Below, piece after piece: positions 15,897 to 19,725 of a DNA stretch of 19,725 nucleotides; position 1 is the first letter of the stretch, and each line of letters opens with the position of its first letter. This DNA is from an uncultured Aminicenantes bacterium. GTDB lineage: Bacteria > Acidobacteriota > Aminicenantia > UBA2199. Under the pieces are notes generated by a model. That model was given only the letters and a program-made list of their open reading frames with translations, searched no databases and had not been told where the DNA came from. Location: contig CBDAFS010000054.1 in NCBI GenBank assembly GCA_965195285.1, positions 1 through 19,725 of the forward strand, written 5' to 3'. The translations under genes and the position numbers were made by a program.

Positions 15897-15912
15897 TCAA
15901 GCGGGAATGATT

Positions 15913-17340
15913 TTATTCTTTTACCTTCAGGCCAAGCTTCCCGATCATTTTAATAAATTCCTTTTCTTTTCTGAGAGAATCCAGGTTTTTTTCCTTCATT
16001 AAAAACGAAAAATCCCGGTATCCTTTTTTTCGGGCATTTTCAATCGTTATGTTCAAATACCTGATGGCGCTTTTTTTATCATTCTGAAGGGCATAGACAC
16101 AAGCCAGGTTATAGTATGCCCGAATGCCGGTTGCATTCGCCCGGGCCGCAATACCAAAGAAAATCCGGGCCCTGGTGAAATCCCGCTTCTTCAAATAGTG
16201 ATTCCCCTCTTGATTCCCCTTTGAAACCAGCTCGTCAAGCAAGCGCCTGGCCATGGCACCCTGGTAAGGGTTTTTGGTTTTGGAAGCCTTTCTGACCAGG
16301 TTATTCAGATCAAGTTCATTGGAAACTTTTTTTAAGTCAGTCCGTTTCTGCTCATTATTTTTCAGACGGGTAAACACAGCAAGAAAACGCCTGATAAACT
16401 CCAGCTCGGTCCGGTTCCGCTTATCCTCTTCTTTCTGAAACTTATTCAATTCCCTGAACGCTTCAAGCTGGGTAATCTTATCTCTGATCGGCCCGGTCTC
16501 GATCAAATCCCGGAAGAGTGCTTCCAGGGCCAGGCAATAATCGCGGGCATAATAGGGATTAAGGGTCGCTTCCAGATTTCGGACCTTTTCCAGACTACGC
16601 CGGAATACCGTTTCAATCAAATCCCGGTCTTTCGGTCTCTGTCCTTTTTTCATGGCCCTTAATTCCATGCCCTCAATGGCTTCATGGCAGATATTTTCAG
16701 GAGGCCAGCCATGGTCACCATTGAAAACTTCGATAAAATGATCCACCCCTGCTGCTTCAAGTTCCCGGTTCAGGCGAATCATTTCCTTGTAATTGTAATC
16801 CTCAACCCCGACAACCCCGTGATAAAAGGCGGGGTTAACCTGGTTTGCCTTAACAGCCGGCGGCAACCCCGCCCCACAGGCAATAATACCCGCCACCCTG
16901 GCTCCGGTTATATGGGGAAATACCGCAGCAGCCCGGGCTCCACCCGAAAATCCGGTGGTATAAATGCGGTCAAAATCGATGGAAAATCGATTCAGCACAT
17001 CGGACCATACGGCCTTCATGGCCTTGAGAATGGACTGCCAGGGTCCATTTTTCAAATTATTGGAACAGACCACAATATAGCCATATTTTTCAGCAACATT
17101 TTTAAAAAGGGTCAGGGGTATTTCCGATCGGGCACCGGGATCAAAGGTAAAGAGCAGGGGCCAGTTTTTTTCCCGGCTGTAATTTGACGGCAGGTACAGG
17201 GCATAACTCTGGGTGGAATCAGCCAGGGTAATCACCCGGCTGACTATTTTTCCGGTTTCAAGACCTTTCTCAGTAACGCCGTAAAAAATACTCGGCATGA
17301 ACAGGACCAGTAAAATTGATATGCTTCTGATAAATTTCAT
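15913..17340 (-). CDS. Secreted alpha/beta-hydrolase (esterase-like) with C-terminal TPR region
   Basis: Signal peptide; YALYLP...PLL; GFSGG nucleophile elbow; candidate Asp in GVEDYN and His in FNGDHGW; terminal YYNLACVYAL...LDSLR TPR-type motif. Confidence 0.82.
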   Translation of the reverse strand: MKFIRSISILLVLFMPSIFYGVTEKGLETGKIVSRVITLADSTQSYALYLPSNYSREKNWPLLFTFDPGARSEIPLTLFKNVAEKYGYIVVCSNNLKNGPWQSILKAMKAVWSDVLNRFSIDFDRIYTTGFSGGARAAAVFPHITGARVAGIIACGAGLPPAVKANQVNPAFYHGVVGVEDYNYKEMIRLNRELEAAGVDHFIEVFNGDHGWPPENICHEAIEGMELRAMKKGQRPKDRDLIETVFRRSLEKVRNLEATLNPYYARDYCLALEALFRDLIETGPIRDKITQLEAFRELNKFQKEEDKRNRTELEFIRRFLAVFTRLKNNEQKRTDLKKVSNELDLNNLVRKASKTKNPYQGAMARRLLDELVSKGNQEGNHYLKKRDFTRARIFFGIAARANATGIRAYYNLACVYALQNDKKSAIRYLNITIENARKKGYRDFSFLMKEKNLDSLRKEKEFIKMIGKLGLKVKE

Positions 17341-17452
17341 TTGATTATCTCTTTTTCTAAATTTTTTTACCTATCCTCATATATATATACGAGGGATAAG
17401 ACCAAAACGTTGGTTTGACCGTCTGGGATGAATCGCCTTTAAAAAAAAAGTT

Positions 17453-17461
17453 TGATAAAAT
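17453..17461 (+). promoter_or_regulatory. Extended -10 element just upstream of the methyltransferase
   Basis: TGaTAAAAT ends 9 nt before ATG 17471; no clear SD. Confidence 0.4.
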
Positions 17462-17470
17462 AGACCTGGG

Positions 17471-18172
17471 ATGATGTCCAATAAAAAAATCCAACAACAA
17501 TCTTCATATTACACCCAGACATTATCCGCCGGCAGACTGAAAAAATGTTACGATATTGCCCCAAATCGGATAAAACAGTATTTGAATGCCGAAATCGAAT
17601 ATGTTCTGAAGAAAATTCATTTAAAAGATCTGGTTTTGGATATGGGATGCGGATACGGACGATTGATTCCCGCAATTGCCCAAAAGGCAAAAAAAGTCAT
17701 CGGTATTGATATTTCAGGACCAAGTCTTTTTCTGGCCAGACAAAGGTTAAAAACCGTATCCAATCATGCCCTTTTCCGGATGAATGCCATTCGAATGGCT
17801 TTCAAGGATAAGGTATTTGAGATTGTTTTTTGCATTCAGAACGGTATTTCGGCCTTCCATGTGAACCCAAAAACGTTAATCAAGGAAAGCATCCGGGTTA
17901 CAAAACCAGGGGGAACAATCCTTTTTTCAAGTTATTCGGAAAAATTCTGGGATCACCGTCTGGAATGGTTTCAAATTCAAGCCGATGCCGGTCTTGTCGG
18001 AGAAATTGATTATGAAAAAACAGGAAATGGTGTAATCGTATGCAAGGATGGTTTCAGGGCAACCACAATGAGAAAAGAGCAGTTTATGGAATTAACTTCT
18101 GAATTTGATGTAAATATTAAAATGGTCGAGGTGGATGAATCCAGCCTTTTCTGTGAAATTACAGTTTTGTAA
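17471..18172 (+). CDS. Class I SAM-dependent methyltransferase
   Basis: VLDMGCGYG motif I, VIGIDIS, FEIVF and RVTKPGG. Confidence 0.92.
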   Translation: MMSNKKIQQQSSYYTQTLSAGRLKKCYDIAPNRIKQYLNAEIEYVLKKIHLKDLVLDMGCGYGRLIPAIAQKAKKVIGIDISGPSLFLARQRLKTVSNHALFRMNAIRMAFKDKVFEIVFCIQNGISAFHVNPKTLIKESIRVTKPGGTILFSSYSEKFWDHRLEWFQIQADAGLVGEIDYEKTGNGVIVCKDGFRATTMRKEQFMELTSEFDVNIKMVEVDESSLFCEITVL

Positions 18173-18373
18173 CGCCATATCTTGCAATCCGGGAGCATTT
18201 CAGCCAAAAAAGTGACTGTCCCCGTTTCCCGGTACGCTGAAATCGGAATAGCAATTTATATTCTATTCTACTGGTTCTTTTTCTTCTACAAGGCAAAGGA
18301 GGAACTTTCCCTTCCTGGACTGACTTTCAAAAAATTGTTATCTACCTTCATACCCCGAAGCCAATCAATTGTA

Positions 18374-19408
18374 TTACCGAATCGGCCAGGCCTCCAGTTC
18401 CCACTGTTCCTGGTCGACATTTTCTACAAGCTGGTAGAAATGTTCCTGATAAATACAATAAGGATAATAGTATATATCTTTCTCTCTCAATGGAATCATC
18501 GCTTTTTTTAAAAAATTTCCCTTCAGATCCAGAACAACCAGTTCACTGTCTCCTTTCATTTTCTTAAAGGTCAGCACATAAATGTGGCCATCACTGATGC
18601 TGAAGTTCCTCAACCCGGGGAAATGGACCGGGAAACGGATCTGTTTCTTAAAGCGATCCCAGACATATTTCAGGGGACCGGCCCGATAGAAATCCAGGTA
18701 ACGGGCCTGATCCTGCTCGGTAACAACCGGTGTTTCATACGGGTAGGCAATTGAAAATAATTTCTTACCGGTAAGATCAAACACATCGATCACCGAGTCT
18801 TCCCGCCCAACAGCCGTCACATATATATGCATGCCATCCATATCATAAACAACACCCTGATCATATACGACATTCACATCGCCATTGGGAGGCTGGGAAA
18901 AACGCTTGAATTCAAAAATATCTTTTTCCGGTTCCAGGGTGGCCTTATAAAGACTTAATTTTACATAAAATAGGTTGTCTGCACCCCGCCGGGAGGTTAA
19001 CCCAGTGAATTTACTACCTATTCGACAGAACCGGTGATCATGACGGTAATTGGTTCTGATCTCTTTCTCATAGGTTCCGTCCAGAGAGTAAAACGACAAT
19101 TTCCCCTGACTGCTAACCATCAGTTGTCCGGAGCGGACATTAACGTTAAAGGCAGCGGTTTTATTGACCAGACTCCCCCGGTGAAATTGAAACCGCTGCG
19201 GCCCTTCTCCCTCTCCCCCCAGTTTTGCTCGCAAACTGAAGTCGATTTTTGAATAGATATAAATAAAGGGAAAATCAACCACATAGATCTGTCGATCATC
19301 CATCAAGAGCTGGGTGGGGTTGACAGGCTCGGAAAAAACCGCCTGTATTTTTCCGTCCAGGGAAAAAGAAAAAAACACTAAAAATAGGAAAATCAAAAAT
19401 ACTTTCAC
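18374..19408 (-). CDS. Secreted hypothetical protein, probable 6-bladed beta-propeller
   Basis: GTG start with GGAGG SD; signal peptide; blade-like motifs QIYVVD, GGEGEGPQRF, FYSLDG, VFDLTG and VLDLKG. Confidence 0.7.
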   Translation of the reverse strand: MKVFLIFLFLVFFSFSLDGKIQAVFSEPVNPTQLLMDDRQIYVVDFPFIYIYSKIDFSLRAKLGGEGEGPQRFQFHRGSLVNKTAAFNVNVRSGQLMVSSQGKLSFYSLDGTYEKEIRTNYRHDHRFCRIGSKFTGLTSRRGADNLFYVKLSLYKATLEPEKDIFEFKRFSQPPNGDVNVVYDQGVVYDMDGMHIYVTAVGREDSVIDVFDLTGKKLFSIAYPYETPVVTEQDQARYLDFYRAGPLKYVWDRFKKQIRFPVHFPGLRNFSISDGHIYVLTFKKMKGDSELVVLDLKGNFLKKAMIPLREKDIYYYPYCIYQEHFYQLVENVDQEQWELEAWPIR

Positions 19409-19643
19409 TGTTGCCTCCGGATTAAATCAAGATTTTTGTTGTTCTTTCTCATATTGGCATAACGTTTAAGCTCCGGAAAACATCCCTTTTAAATGTCTTG
19501 CAAGCAGGTTTAGCCTGCATTTCTGATGAATCAATGATAAATAAATTTTTTCAAAAAAGCAACGACCGTCCTCGATTTCGAACGCATCCTCCTGCCCATA
19601 TGAGTGTGTGCCTGGCAATTCTCATTCACTCAGATTACTTTAA

Positions 19644-19724
19644 TCAGGATTCCGGTTGGGGTTTTCCTCGAAACCTATAATTTGTGTAATTTTTGCTTTC
19701 TATGGCCATACTTTTCAATATCAT
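19644..19724 (-). CDS. Possible 3' end of a gene entering from beyond the right edge
   Basis: One minus-strand frame is open from the edge (...MILKSMAIESKNYTNYRFRGKPQPES*). Another frame is also open for 16 codons. No recognisable motif. Confidence 0.25.
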   Translation of the reverse strand: MILKSMAIESKNYTNYRFRGKPQPES

Positions 19725-19725
19725 T

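Noticed and set aside
15793-15912. Purine riboswitch upstream of the guaA-like gene
   Set aside because: The conserved aptamer loop and junction sequences are absent and the predicted leader is too short.
18182-18511. 109-aa plus-strand ORF
   Set aside because: TTG start without SD, overlaps the 3' end of the opposite-strand gene by about 140 bp, and has no motif.
19500-19600. c-di-GMP-I riboswitch (minus strand has TTCGAAA, GGACG and GGCTAAACC fragments) and the 60-aa ORF 19498..19680
   Set aside because: The conserved GCAAA elements are missing and spacing is wrong; an Infernal search would settle it. The ORF has a TTG start, no SD and no motif.

Overview
Bacterial chromosomal window of about 45% GC (estimated by eye) with no rRNA, tRNA, CRISPR array, transposase or integrase that I can recognise. 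The gene mix (secreted beta-propeller, BNR/VPS10, DUF4412, DUF6599 and TPR proteins) suggests an uncultured anaerobe such as Ca. Aminicenantes, which is an inference only. From left to right it contains: two tandem paralogous lipoprotein genes repeating with a 745-bp period, each with its own conserved promoter and separated by a 14-bp inverted repeat; a probable operon of REC-GGDEF diguanylate cyclase, double zf-TFIIB zinc-ribbon protein, lemA and an htpX-like protease with an unusual two-zinc-ribbon tail; dodecin; a multi-CAP-domain protein; an AT-rich PA14-like/acyltransferase membrane protein; a DUF4412, Tat-signal Fe-S aldo/keto reductase and DUF6599 cluster; a large BNR/VPS10 protein; a stand-alone GMP synthase ATPPase subunit; an alpha/beta-hydrolase-TPR protein; a SAM methyltransferase; and a secreted beta-propeller-like protein. 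The best candidates for something undescribed are the promoter-gene-hairpin lipoprotein units at the left edge and the zinc-ribbon-rich LemA/HtpX operon headed by a diguanylate cyclase. All family calls come from motif recognition, not database searches.
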